Notes: generated from the sequence alone by a model not told the origin. A DNA stretch of 64,000 bases from Candidatus Heimdallarchaeota archaeon (GCA_030603365.1 JAUVXV010000016.1:1-64000); one strand, 5' to 3'. Positions 1-9,975 are shown, numbered from the stretch's first letter. Program-made: numbers and translations.

Positions 1-2020
1 CATAGTTAGCTCCGGCGTTTACTGGGTCTTAGCCTGGTTGAACCCAGGTTTCAATCACCAGCACCGGCCAGGATTCACTAACTGTACTAAGGCTTTCGCC
101 CTTGCAGTTAGCTATGTTTTTATTAAACAGTCGGGTGCCCCGAGTCACTGCGACCTGGTGAGGCATACACCTCTCCAGGCATCCCTTATACCCAAGGTAC
201 GGGACTAATTTGCCGAATTCCTTCACCCTAGCTCCCCTAACACGCCTTAGCCTTCTAAGCTAGCCACACCTGTGTCGGTTCTGGGTACGGACACGCGTAA
301 TCGTTCTCTTTGCCTTTTCATGGGCTGTTGGGATTGATGGCAGCCAGCAACCTATGGCCAGCCTCTTCATCTATTCTTCTGGTTCTCACCTTAACGGTTC
401 TCCCCAGAGTTCTAAAATTTAACTAGGATATTCTCCTAGGCCACCTACCCACCAACGTTAGCTCAGAGCTTGTGTCACCACGTCTATACGCATGGTACAG
501 GAATATGAACCTGTTTCCCTTTCGAATGATTCGTTTTAAGATCATCCTTAGGACCGACTAACCCTTGGCTGACGAACAGTGCCAAGGAACCCTTGGGCTT
601 GCGGCGGTGAGGATTCTCACCTCACTATGCTCCTACTACCACCGAGATCTGCAAATCTAATCGGTCCACTGGGAATCACTCCCCAGCTTCTACCCAACCA
701 GATCGCCCCCCTACCTGAGACTCTTTTGAAGTCCAAATGGGTATCGGGACCCGGTTTAGCCCCGTCCATTTTCTGGGCCCAAAAACTCGATGAGTAAGCT
801 GTTACGCTTTTTTTAACGGATAGCTGCCTCTAAGCTTACCGCCTCATTGTTTTCGTCGTTGGACGCCATTCTGTTTAACATTTAACCGGGATTTAGGGCC
901 CTTAACCCATTGCAGGGTTGTTTCCCTTTCGGCCATATCCCTTGCGGATACGCGCCCGTCTGTCGCCTTCTACGGCGCTTGCAAGTTCGGAGTTGGAAGG
1001 GAGGGTGAGGATTTCACTCCCCAGGACCTCCCGTCCGTAGCTCTACCTCACAAGCAACCTCCAGCGACGCTATCCTGTGGTGATACTTCGGGGGGAACCA
1101 GCTATCAGCAGTTTAGATTGGTCTTTTGCCACTATCCCCAACTCAGACGAATGAATTGCATATCAATACCGCTTCAGGCCTCCACGCTCCTTTCGAAGCG
1201 CTTCACCTTGGTCAGGGATAGATCAACTGCTTTCGGGTCTTACACCTGTGATTTCACGCCCTTATCGGACGTCGCGCCTTGCCGAAGCTGCGCGCTGATT
1301 GCTTTCGCTACGTCACCGTATAATACTTAGACTTACCACAGACATAAACTCCTCGGCCCGTGTTTCTAGACGGAACGGATGACTCTGGTCCTCTCAGCTC
1401 GTACTGCCACCTCACGATGGGTTCCTTCACCGAGACTCTACCCTTTCAAGCCATCCACGTCTGTTACCATGTAATTTCAGGAACTTTTCACTCTCGTATT
1501 TCGAATACTTTTCAACTTTCACTCACGTTACTAGTGCGCTATCGGTCTAGGGGAGTATTTAGGCTTGGGAGTTAGTCCTCCCATATTTGCGCGACATATC
1601 CAAGCCACGCTAGTCTTGATACTACTAAGCCGAACGTTTACGTTTACGGGGCTATTACCCTCTATGGCACCCCTTTCCAGGGGTCTTCAACTTCACGTTT
1701 ACGGTCTATAATGTAGTCAAAACACCACATCTACCTTAATCTTTCAAAAAAGGAATTCGGTTTGGCCTGTTCCGGTTTTACTCGCCGTTACTACCGGAAT
1801 CACTTTTGTTTTCTTTTCCTGCAGGTACTTGAATGTTTTGGTTCCCTGCGTTCCCCGCCATCACTGGCTGTTACAGTTTATTAAACTGTAACCGGAAATC
1901 CGATTCGGGAATCTATGGATCGTAGACTGTCTGCGTCTCCCCATAGCGTTTCGCCGCTTACCGCGCCCTTCATCGGCTCCCTAGCCGAGTCATCCACTAC
2001 ATGGCGTATGCATAGTGTAG
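1..2020 (-). rRNA. rrl: 23S rRNA, 5' ~2 kb (continues past the window edge)
   Basis: Reverse complement contains conserved LSU motifs, e.g. GTGGATGACTCGGCT..GCCGATGAAGG near the 5' end, AGTACCTGCAGGAAAAGAAA, ATAGCTGGTTCCCCCCGAA and GAAGGAATTCGGCAAAT. GC-rich against an AT-rich background. 5' end approximate. Confidence 0.97.
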
Positions 2021-2362
2021 GTTACTCTAGAAATCAGTTTTCGCCTTCTAGGAGAGTTCTTGTCAGCTAACTGAATTTTATTCAGTGGATAATCGTAATC
2101 CTGGAGGAGATAAACACGCAATGTATTGCGCGAGTAGGGTTTTTATTCCCTTCGTTTATAATTGTTCCGTTTTTGAACATTATCGTAATCAATAGATTAC
2201 ATTCCTACCTGTTAGGGTAAGATACAACAGATAAGCAAACATCAATAGATATTCGCATATCTACAAAATGAGCTTTAGATAAAAAGGTATTGTTTTAAGA
2301 TAGAATTTCCTAATATTTACGGAAGATTTTTAGTGCTTGAATTCTATCCTTAACTGAGCTAT

Positions 2363-2776
2363 ATGGTTGTCGACCAGTATCTGCCTAAACTCAAGAAACT
2401 TGCTATTGAATCCTGCAAACACGCTTATGCTCCTTACAGTAACTTCCATGTTGGTGTTGCACTATTAATGGAAAGTGGAAAAATTTTCACAGGATGTAAT
2501 GTTGAGTTTTCAGATTATCTTGCTCTTCATGCCGAAGTTAATGCTATAGGATCAGCTGTTGATAAAGGTGAGAAAGATATCCAAGCTGTAGTTGTTTACT
2601 CTACAAGCTCACCTCCAGTCTTACCTTGTGGTTCATGTAGACAAAAGTTGTTTGAGTTCTCATTAATGTTCAAACACGATATCAAGGTCATTGCTTTCAA
2701 CAATGAAGACGAGCAAATTGAAATGCTATTGAGTGAACTTTTACCAGGAGGAGAAATTAAAGTAGACAAAAAATAA
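2363..2776 (+). CDS. cdd: Cytidine deaminase
   Basis: AYAPYSNFHVG, GCNVE, HAE and PCGSCRQ zinc motifs. Confidence 0.95.
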   Translation: MVVDQYLPKLKKLAIESCKHAYAPYSNFHVGVALLMESGKIFTGCNVEFSDYLALHAEVNAIGSAVDKGEKDIQAVVVYSTSSPPVLPCGSCRQKLFEFSLMFKHDIKVIAFNNEDEQIEMLLSELLPGGEIKVDKK

Positions 2777-2782
2777 TTTTTC

Positions 2783-2929
2783 TTACTCAAGTAATTCATA
2801 AAACATACAAGAACCACATAACCAGAATTTCTTAATTTCAGTTAAATCATAATCATCAGGAAGATAGTTCTCTCTTTTGATCATCGACGACCCACATTTT
2901 GGACATTCTTTTATCTCTTCTTCACTCAT
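2783..2929 (-). CDS. 48-aa zinc-ribbon microprotein (CPxCG ... CxxC), not in ORF track
   Basis: Manual translation: MSEEEIKECPKCGSSMIKRENYLPDDYDLTEIKKFWLCGSCMFYELLE*; GTGA SD-like sequence upstream. Confidence 0.75.
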   Translation of the reverse strand: MSEEEIKECPKCGSSMIKRENYLPDDYDLTEIKKFWLCGSCMFYELLE

Positions 2930-3434
2930 GATATAGTCACGTTCTATTACACTTAAGCTAATTAATATTTTACGAAAGTCCTAATCGCATCAAGACGATT
3001 TTCTTGCCACCAAAGACTAATTCTAAGAGTAGTTATATGGATGAATATCTTTAGTCATTGAATAATACGAAACTTACTTGTTGGTGTGTTTTTACCATAT
3101 TATCATTCATTTCTGAAAGGGATATTGAATAGATTTGGAAAACATGTTGAAAAAGCAATTTGTTCTTATTTGGTGACTCTGGAGGTGATGTAAAAATCAT
3201 CACACTCTTCTGGATCTAACCATGTATCATCACTCTCGGTTGTAATTAATATTAAAGACCAAACTAATTAAACTACACAAGAAAAAAATGACATTTACAA
3301 ATAAAGTTCCAGTCGCAATTGGCCCGGGGTCTATTCACTTAACATCTGGTTTACAGACCCGGGGTCTGTATTATATTTGTATTATAATTGTAAGCTCAAA
3401 CGGCTTAAACCCCGAACTGAACCCGCTACACATA

Positions 3435-3470
3435 ATCTTACCACGTTAATTTTATTTCATGTGGTAAGAT
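3435..3470. repeat. Inverted repeat ATCTTACCAC-N16-GTGGTAAGAT (copy 1)
   Basis: Identical 10-bp arms and the same 16-nt spacer length recur at 43225-43260. Confidence 0.85.
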
Positions 3471-3530
3471 AAAGAATCGTTTGAATTCCCTCTTCCCTTA
3501 ATGTTTATAAGTTGATACTTCACCCAAAGC

Positions 3531-3875
3531 ATGATTATTATGAGCGAGATATTTCCTGAAGCAATAAGAAATTTACCAGAAGCAGATATTCCAATACCAG
3601 GACTAATAGCTTATCTTTCCCAAGATCAGAACCACCAGATTGTCTTTATGAATTTCAGTCAAGATGCCGAAGTTCCTCCTCATTCACATGATGCGCAATG
3701 GGCTATAGTGTTAGAAGGGAAAATTGCTTTGACTCTGGAGGGGAAGGACCAGATCTATACTAAGGGTGATCGCTTCTATATTTTACCTGGAGAAACCCAT
3801 TCAGCTAAGATATATGCTGGATATGCTAGTATGGAGTTTTTTGCAGATAAGGATAGATACAAGGTTAAAGAATGA
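3531..3875 (+). CDS. Cupin-domain protein
   Basis: PPHSH..QWAIVLEG and GDRFYILPGETH cupin motifs. Confidence 0.9.
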   Translation: MIIMSEIFPEAIRNLPEADIPIPGLIAYLSQDQNHQIVFMNFSQDAEVPPHSHDAQWAIVLEGKIALTLEGKDQIYTKGDRFYILPGETHSAKIYAGYASMEFFADKDRYKVKE

Positions 3876-3968
3876 GGATAGATTAAGGTAAATAATATTG
3901 GTAATTCTATTCATTTCTTTTGTTCCACTAGAAATAGACCCGGGGTCAACAAAAACCCATTCTTCAGT

Positions 3969-5543
3969 TTAAGTCACTATTTTCAATGTGTCTTTACCCT
4001 GTAAATTGAGATAATCTAGTAGTTTGTTCTCTAATCTACTAAAACCATGTTGTTGACATTTCTTAATTGCCATGTACTGGAGAGCTGGTCCTAAAGAATC
4101 ACCATTCTTGTAAGCACCTACCTGGATGAAAGCTTCCATGAAGACGCGTAACTCAAGAACTTCGATACGGTGAAGCTGGTTTTCATATTTCTTTAAGAGT
4201 GGGTATATCTCTGCAAAACGATGTATTCGGTAGTATTCCTGTGCTGCTAATAGATCCGCGAATGCTTTCTCTACAAAGGTCATTCGTTCTTCAACCGGTC
4301 TCTTCTTTAAGATAGAGATATAACCAATGATTTGCTTTTCTTCTGTATGAGTTGCTTTTTCTATGAGAAAATTGATGATGTGTTCAAATCTCTTTGTACT
4401 CGGGTTGTTTAGGTTTCTTATTTTTAGTAAATGCTCCTTAGTAAGGTTAGCGTTCAGAAGAAACTCACTAAAGAATATCGCATTGCTGTAATATTTGTCT
4501 ATACCACTTCGAATAATTTGCACTAATTCCTGCAAACCTTCAATTTGAAAACCTTGTAATCTTGATTTAATGTAAAATTTCGTTAGATTGAATGTGTGCT
4601 CAATTTGTCTTTTGCTAAAAGAATCTAGATTCTTAATTGCAATATTTTCTTCTATCAGACCATCTACTTCTTTCATTTGTTTGAGAGCTAGTTCTAGTTT
4701 TCCTTGAAGTGCATAAGTAGAAGCTAAGTGTGAGAGCGTTGTTATGTAATATCCTAAGTATATACTCTTTCTGTGAATAAGTCTCAGAAAGTTTTGAGAG
4801 CGTTGAAAATGATTTTCTGATTTACTAAGATTAAAACTCAATTCATGACTAAAGCCAATGAAGAAATGAATGATTGCTTGTACTTCTTCTGGTACATTGT
4901 CAAGAAAATTGTAATCACTTAGTATCCTTTTTGATATGCTTAATGTCTTCCCCCAATTCTGATCTTGCTGGTAAATTAGAATTAGAACCCCCAAAGCAAA
5001 CGTTAAGCTTCTGTAAAAACCTTTTTGCATGAAATATTCTGCACATTTTTCTAAAATTTCAGCTGCTGTTACATCGCGTTTTATTAACCATTTTTCAATA
5101 GCAAACGAATAGTTACAAACATAATAGTCATATTCTTCAATATTATCATTTAGAGATATAAATTTCATTGATTCATCAAGAGCTTCTTTGCTTCTTTGTT
5201 TATTTCCTTTATATTTCTCAATATACCATTCAACATTGTAAGCAAGCGCTAATCCACCATCATAATCAATCTTTCTAGATATTTCTTTCATTTTACTTAT
5301 TAAATCGACAATGATTGTGAAGTTTTCTTCTGAGTGTTGAATTTGTGTTATTTTGATTTCATAAAGCTTAACTAAGGATTTCTGATCATTAATTAGTTCA
5401 CATTTCTTAATTGCTTTATTAACTGTATACAAAATTCCCTCATTATTTCTGTTATTTGATGCTGCAACTCTAAATTGTTCAATGAATGTATTCATGTCTT
5501 CAAAGGAATTTATACTCTCTAGTTCTCTAACCTTATCTTCCAT
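3969..5543 (-). CDS. Cassette 1 alpha-helical/TPR-like protein (524 aa)
   Basis: Helical-repeat pattern (e.g. LASTYALQGKLELALKQMKE); paralog of 5988-7575 and 8060-9634 with a near-identical C-terminus (IYPLL.KYENQLHRIEVLELR.FMEAFIQVGA..NGD.LGPALQYMAIKKC). Confidence 0.85.
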   Translation of the reverse strand: MEDKVRELESINSFEDMNTFIEQFRVAASNNRNNEGILYTVNKAIKKCELINDQKSLVKLYEIKITQIQHSEENFTIIVDLISKMKEISRKIDYDGGLALAYNVEWYIEKYKGNKQRSKEALDESMKFISLNDNIEEYDYYVCNYSFAIEKWLIKRDVTAAEILEKCAEYFMQKGFYRSLTFALGVLILIYQQDQNWGKTLSISKRILSDYNFLDNVPEEVQAIIHFFIGFSHELSFNLSKSENHFQRSQNFLRLIHRKSIYLGYYITTLSHLASTYALQGKLELALKQMKEVDGLIEENIAIKNLDSFSKRQIEHTFNLTKFYIKSRLQGFQIEGLQELVQIIRSGIDKYYSNAIFFSEFLLNANLTKEHLLKIRNLNNPSTKRFEHIINFLIEKATHTEEKQIIGYISILKKRPVEERMTFVEKAFADLLAAQEYYRIHRFAEIYPLLKKYENQLHRIEVLELRVFMEAFIQVGAYKNGDSLGPALQYMAIKKCQQHGFSRLENKLLDYLNLQGKDTLKIVT

Positions 5544-5602
5544 AAAATGGTCACCAGCATATTTGATGACAACTAGATTTTATTTAAAAGTCGTCCAATA
5601 AA

Positions 5603-5618
5603 TTGCAGTTTAATTGCA
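5603..5618. promoter_or_regulatory. TTGCA-N6-TTGCA direct repeat upstream of the cassette 1 large gene
   Basis: Same motif at an equivalent position upstream of the cassette 3 large gene (9695-9710), just upstream of an AT-rich TATA-like stretch. Confidence 0.5.
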
Positions 5619-5660
5619 TTTATACTGAAATAAAAGATAAAAGGGGAGACTTAATTGCTT

Positions 5661-5729
5661 TTACGGTCTCCATGCTGGTGGAAGTATTCCTTCATCTCCC
5701 TCATCGGGATCATATTTTAGTTCATGCAT
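5661..5729 (-). CDS. Cassette 1 micro-peptide MHELKYDPDEGDEGILPPAWRP (22 aa)
   Basis: Manual translation; GAGTGA SD 6 nt before ATG; TTTTAATA box at 5776-5783; conserved across paralogs. Confidence 0.85.
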   Translation of the reverse strand: MHELKYDPDEGDEGILPPAWRP

Positions 5730-5736
5730 TGTAAAT

Positions 5737-5982
5737 CACTCTTAGGAAAGGGTTATCCTAATAGTAGCATGAAGCTATTAAAACACCTCAAGGAAGAATG
5801 TGTCATAAAAGAAAATTGGTCCGATGAATTTAATTCTGTAAAAGAGTATTTCAGATGATTTTTTGTGTGAAATTAAAAACCTCCAAAGAATACAGAAACC
5901 CCGAAACATCTTATCTACTGAAAAAGAAAGAGAATAAGGGTTGTGGGATCTATATAAGATCCCAAACGTAGAAGGTGATCCA
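5737..5982 (-). repeat. Copy of 16S 3' end + pre-rRNA trailer + peptide promoter (unit 1)
   Basis: Highly similar to 9834-10079; begins TGGATCACCTTCTACGTTTGGGATC on the minus strand. Confidence 0.9.
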
Positions 5983-5987
5983 TTTCA

Positions 5988-7575
5988 TTAAACACTAATT
6001 CTAAGTGCCTCACTTCCCTGTAAGAATAGATAATCTAGTAATTTGTTTTCTAATCTACTAAATCCGTATTCTTGACACTTTTTAATAGCCATGTACTGGA
6101 GAGCAGGTCCTAAAGGATCACCATTTTTATAGGCGCCAACTTGGATAAAAGCTTCCATGAAGATACGTAATTCGAGAACTTCGATACGGTGAAGCTGGTT
6201 TTCATATTTTCTTAAGAGGGGGTATATCCCTCCATAATTTTCATGTAAGAATAATTGTTGTGCAATCAATAAATCAGCGAAGGCATTCTCAATAAAGGTG
6301 GTTTTACAGGTTTTCTTTCTATTTTTCAAAATTCTTATTGTTTCCAGAAATTGTTGCTCAGTAGTGGCTTTCTCCCTTCTGTTAAGGAGTGTAAATGAAA
6401 TCAAGTGTTTAACACGGGCAATGCTAAAATTATCAATAATCAGAAGTTCTTCTAATTCTGCTGATTCTAGATTTGCGTTGAGAATAAACTCACTTAGGAG
6501 CATGAAATCACTATAAAGAGACTTACTTCTTATGAATATCTTAGAAATTAAATCTTGCATTTCCTCTGAATCAAATTCTTGCATACGAGAATAGACGTAA
6601 AACTTGTTTAAATTTAGAGTATGATGAATCTGTCTTTTTGTATTTGTATCTAGATTCTTCAAAAAAAATTCCTGTTGAAGTAATTTCTCAACATCTTCTA
6701 TTATTCTAATAGTTTGTTTAAGATTACCTTGCAATGCTTTAACTGTAACAATGTAAGAGTGGACAATAATAAAATTACTGAAATAGATACTGTCCTTATA
6801 GATGGGTTTGAGAATATTGTATGCTTCTTCGAAGAAGGATTCAGCAAAACTTAGATTCATGTTAAGCATAAATCCTAAACCTGTGAAGTATTGTAAAATT
6901 GCTTTGATGTCATTGGGTAATTCATCTAATATGCCCTTGCTACTAAATATTTTCCTACTAAGTTCCAGTATACTCTCGTGGGACTGCATTCTTGCATAAA
7001 TCACGCTCAATATACTTATAGACTGAGCCAAACTGCGATAAAAACCATTACTGTAAAAATACTCTATGTTATTCTTCAAAATGGATATAGATGAAAAGTC
7101 ATGATGCTCTAACCAAAGTTCAAGAGCATAAGAATAGTAACACATATTCGAGATGTATTGATCATATTCAATATTATTCTCTAGAATTGAAATTGCTTCT
7201 TGAATTGCCTTCGAGCTCTTTTCTTTATTTCCTGAAATTCTTTCAAGTAACCACTCATACATGTATGAAAAAGCCAATCCATTCATATTGTTTGATGTTT
7301 TTGAAAAGTATTTCATATCTTGTAGAAGTTTAAAACAGAGTTTTCGGTTTTCTTCAAGATGGTAGATTTGAGCGATTTTAAGTCCAATAAGTAATATTTG
7401 TGATTTCTTATCGTTTAGAATCAAACTTTTCTGAAGTCCAATATTGATAATCTCTTGAATAGTTTCATTTTTTTCATTTGATGATATTACTTTCAGATTC
7501 TTCTAAGAATTTTCTAAACTCTTCTTTAGTTTCAATGCTAATTATTATGTTTTTGACTTCTTCGTAATAGCTCAT
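5988..7575 (-). pseudogene. Cassette 2 TPR-like protein with a +1 frameshift near 7500 (about 528 aa if corrected)
   Basis: ATG at 7575 reads MSYYEEVKNIIISIETKEEFRKFLE; the next frame continues NLKVISSNEKNETIQEII..., matching paralog N-termini. The span is 1588 nt (3n+1). Could be a sequencing error. Confidence 0.75.
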
Positions 7576-7669
7576 CTTACAAATTAATCCGTACTTTCAT
7601 TTATATACTCGTGAAATACTTAAAATAAGAAATCTCGTTCAAAAAATAAAAAAGTATTGGGAGAAAGAA

Positions 7670-7741
7670 TTAAGCAGGACACCATAAAGGTGGTGTTATA
7701 CTCTCGTCTCCGTCTTCTGGGTCGTATTTTTCTTCGTACAT
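7670..7741 (-). CDS. Cassette 2 micro-peptide MYEEKYDPEDGDESITPPLWCPA (23 aa; two further in-frame ATGs up to 7747)
   Basis: Manual translation; GAGTGA SD; TTTTAATA box at 7788-7795; T-rich tract downstream. Confidence 0.85.
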   Translation of the reverse strand: MYEEKYDPEDGDESITPPLWCPA

Positions 7742-7748
7742 CATCATT

Positions 7749-8050
7749 CACTCTTAGGAAAGGGTTACCCTAATAGTAGAACAAAGCTATTAAAACACCT
7801 CAAGGAAGAAAGTGACAAGTAAGAAAACTGGCTAGAGGAATTTAAATCTGTAAAAGAATATTTCAACTGATTTTTTGTGTGAAATGAAAAACCTCCAAAG
7901 AATACAGGAACCCCGAGACTACTTCGTCCATAGAAGAATGAAGAGAATAAGGGGGCTTCTTTCGAAGTCAGATTGGTCATAACAAGGCCTAAAACAGGCC
8001 CTGCATGATCAGAGAATCCCCTGAGGGGATTCCAACGTAGGAGGTAATCC
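7749..8050 (-). repeat. Variant copy of 16S 3' end + trailer + peptide promoter (unit 2), with ~55 extra nt
   Basis: Begins GGATTACCTCCTACGTTGGAATCCCCTCAGGGG; extra hairpin-rich segment at about 7962-8015; remainder close to 9834-9990. Confidence 0.9.
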
Positions 8051-8059
8051 TTTCCTTGT

Positions 8060-9634
8060 TCAACCACTTACTTTGAGTATACTACTTTCCTGTAGGAATA
8101 GATAATATAGTAATTTATTTTCTAATCTACTAAATCCATATTCTCTACATTTCTTTATAGCCATGTACTGGAGCGCGGGTCCTAAAGGATCACCGTTGTT
8201 AAAAGCACCTACTTGGATGAAAGCTTCCATGAAGATACGCAATTCAAGAACTTCAATACGATGAAGTTGATTTTCATATTTTCTTAAGAGTGGGTAAATC
8301 TCTGCAAAACGGTTCAATTTATAATATTCTTGAGCTGCTAATAAATCTGCAAAGGCTTTCTCTACAAAAGTCATTCGTTCTTCAACAGTCCTATTTTTTA
8401 AAGCTTGAATTAGTTCCACAACTTGTATTTCCTCTGAATGTGTTATTTTTTCAATAAGAAAAGTAATGATGTGTTGAACTCTTTTAGTACTTGGATTGTT
8501 CAAATTTTTTATTCTTTCTAATTGATCTTCTGAGAAATTAGTGTTTAAAATGAATTCACTAAAGAAGATGGGATCGCTGTGTTGTTTCTTGATATTTTCT
8601 AGAATTACTTGAATCAACTCACTTAAATCTTCAGTTTGAAAGTTTTGCAATCTAGAATGGATGTAAAATTTGATTAAATTAAAATCATGTTCTATCTGTT
8701 TCTTGCTAAAAGAGTCTAAATTCCTTGTAGTAACACTTTCTTCAATTAGCTCTTCTACCTCTTTCATCTGGTTTAAAGCTAATTCTAATTCTCCTTGAAG
8801 AGCATAACAAGCTGTCAAATGGGCTTGACATCTTAGAAAGTATCCCAAGTAAACACTTTTTTTGTACTTACCTCTCAGATTATTCTGTGATTTGAGGAAG
8901 TAGTGTTTTGCTTCATTGATGTTAAGATTTAATCTATGATTCACTCCAATAAAATAATCTATTATTGCTTGGATTTCCAATGGCATTTTATGTAAAACAT
9001 TCTTATTTTGGATGATCCGTCTTACCAATTGTATTGATTTTTCTTTATTTTGTGTTTGTTGATAAATTAAAACTAAAAGTGATAAACTTTGAACAAAGCT
9101 TCTGTAAAAATTGTTCTTATAGAAGTAATTAGCACATTCTTCCAAAATAGAGGGGGCTATTGGTTCACGTTTTGATAACCAAATTTCTACTGCAAACGAA
9201 TATTTACATACATTATATTCATAGTTTTCTGAGTTTAAGTATTGAGTTACATAATTTATGGAATTATTGATAGCTTCTATGCTTTTCTTATCATTCCCTT
9301 TATGTTTTTCAATGTACCATTCTTTGTAATATGCTAGCGCTAATCCTCCCATATAGTTAATTTCCTTTGAAATATCTTTCATTTGTTGAATTATTTGAAC
9401 GATATTTTGATGTTCTTCCTTTTGGTGCTCAATTTGCGACATCTTCATTTCATATAACTTAACCAATGATTTTCGATCATTAAGCTGGTTACATTTTCTT
9501 ATTGTTTTATTTATTGTTTCTAAAATACCTTCTTCATTTCGGTGATTAGAAGAAATAACTCTAAATCTATCTATGAACAATGACATAGATTCTTCTGAAT
9601 CAATAGTTTCAAATTCATTAACCTTATCTTCCAT
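8060..9634 (-). CDS. Cassette 3 alpha-helical/TPR-like protein (524 aa from MEDKV)
   Basis: Closest paralog of 3969-5543; GGTGAT SD precedes the ATG at 9634 (the ORF track starts at 9652). Confidence 0.85.
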   Translation of the reverse strand: MEDKVNEFETIDSEESMSLFIDRFRVISSNHRNEEGILETINKTIRKCNQLNDRKSLVKLYEMKMSQIEHQKEEHQNIVQIIQQMKDISKEINYMGGLALAYYKEWYIEKHKGNDKKSIEAINNSINYVTQYLNSENYEYNVCKYSFAVEIWLSKREPIAPSILEECANYFYKNNFYRSFVQSLSLLVLIYQQTQNKEKSIQLVRRIIQNKNVLHKMPLEIQAIIDYFIGVNHRLNLNINEAKHYFLKSQNNLRGKYKKSVYLGYFLRCQAHLTACYALQGELELALNQMKEVEELIEESVTTRNLDSFSKKQIEHDFNLIKFYIHSRLQNFQTEDLSELIQVILENIKKQHSDPIFFSEFILNTNFSEDQLERIKNLNNPSTKRVQHIITFLIEKITHSEEIQVVELIQALKNRTVEERMTFVEKAFADLLAAQEYYKLNRFAEIYPLLRKYENQLHRIEVLELRIFMEAFIQVGAFNNGDPLGPALQYMAIKKCREYGFSRLENKLLYYLFLQESSILKVSG

Positions 9635-9757
9635 AAATAGGATCACCAGCAAAATGGATATGATATATATTTTATATTAAAACTATGTTCAATATTGCAG
9701 TTAGGTTGCATTTTTACTACATTTTATAAATTAAAAAAAGGAGAAACTATGATATTT

Positions 9758-9826
9758 TTACGGTGTCCATAATGGCGGCAAAATATCTCCGTCTCCTTCG
9801 TCAGGGTCGAATCTTTCTTTGTACAT
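9758..9826 (-). CDS. Cassette 3 micro-peptide MYKERFDPDEGDGDILPPLWTP (22 aa)
   Basis: Manual translation; GAGTGA SD; CTTTAATA box at 9873-9880. Confidence 0.85.
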   Translation of the reverse strand: MYKERFDPDEGDGDILPPLWTP

Positions 9827-9975
9827 CATTATTCACTCTTTGGAAAGGGTTATCATAATAGTAAAAAGAAGCTATTAAAGCACCTCAAGAAAGAAAGTGC
9901 CAAAGAAGAAAATTGTCTAGAGGAATTTAAATCTGTAAAAGAATATTTCAACTGATTTTTGTGTGAAATGAAAAA

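Larger units (their letters stand above)
3321..3947. repeat. Three copies of near-palindromic G(A/G)CCCGGGGTC (3321-3331, 3356-3366, 3937-3947) flanking the cupin gene
   Basis: Read directly; the middle copy extends to a 9-1-9 inverted repeat TACAGACCC-G-GGGTCTGTA (3352-3370). Confidence 0.7.

Noticed and set aside
1380-1470. Long helix-25 region of 23S as a possible expansion segment
   Set aside because: Its length looks comparable to the ordinary archaeal version; cannot claim an expansion without alignment.
29-1575. Short ORFs inside the 23S gene (and 10072-11649 inside 16S)
   Set aside because: Chance ORFs in GC-rich rRNA.
5661-5729. Peptide LPPxW as a WW domain, or DPDEGD as a cadherin motif
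   Set aside because: The peptides end 2-3 residues after W and are too short for either fold; the resemblance is superficial.
7765-8067. Similar ORFs at 7765-8067 and 9853-10080 (..KNQLKYSFTDLNSS..)
   Set aside because: The similarity reflects the duplicated rRNA trailer/promoter DNA; starts and lengths are inconsistent and they overlap the 16S end.
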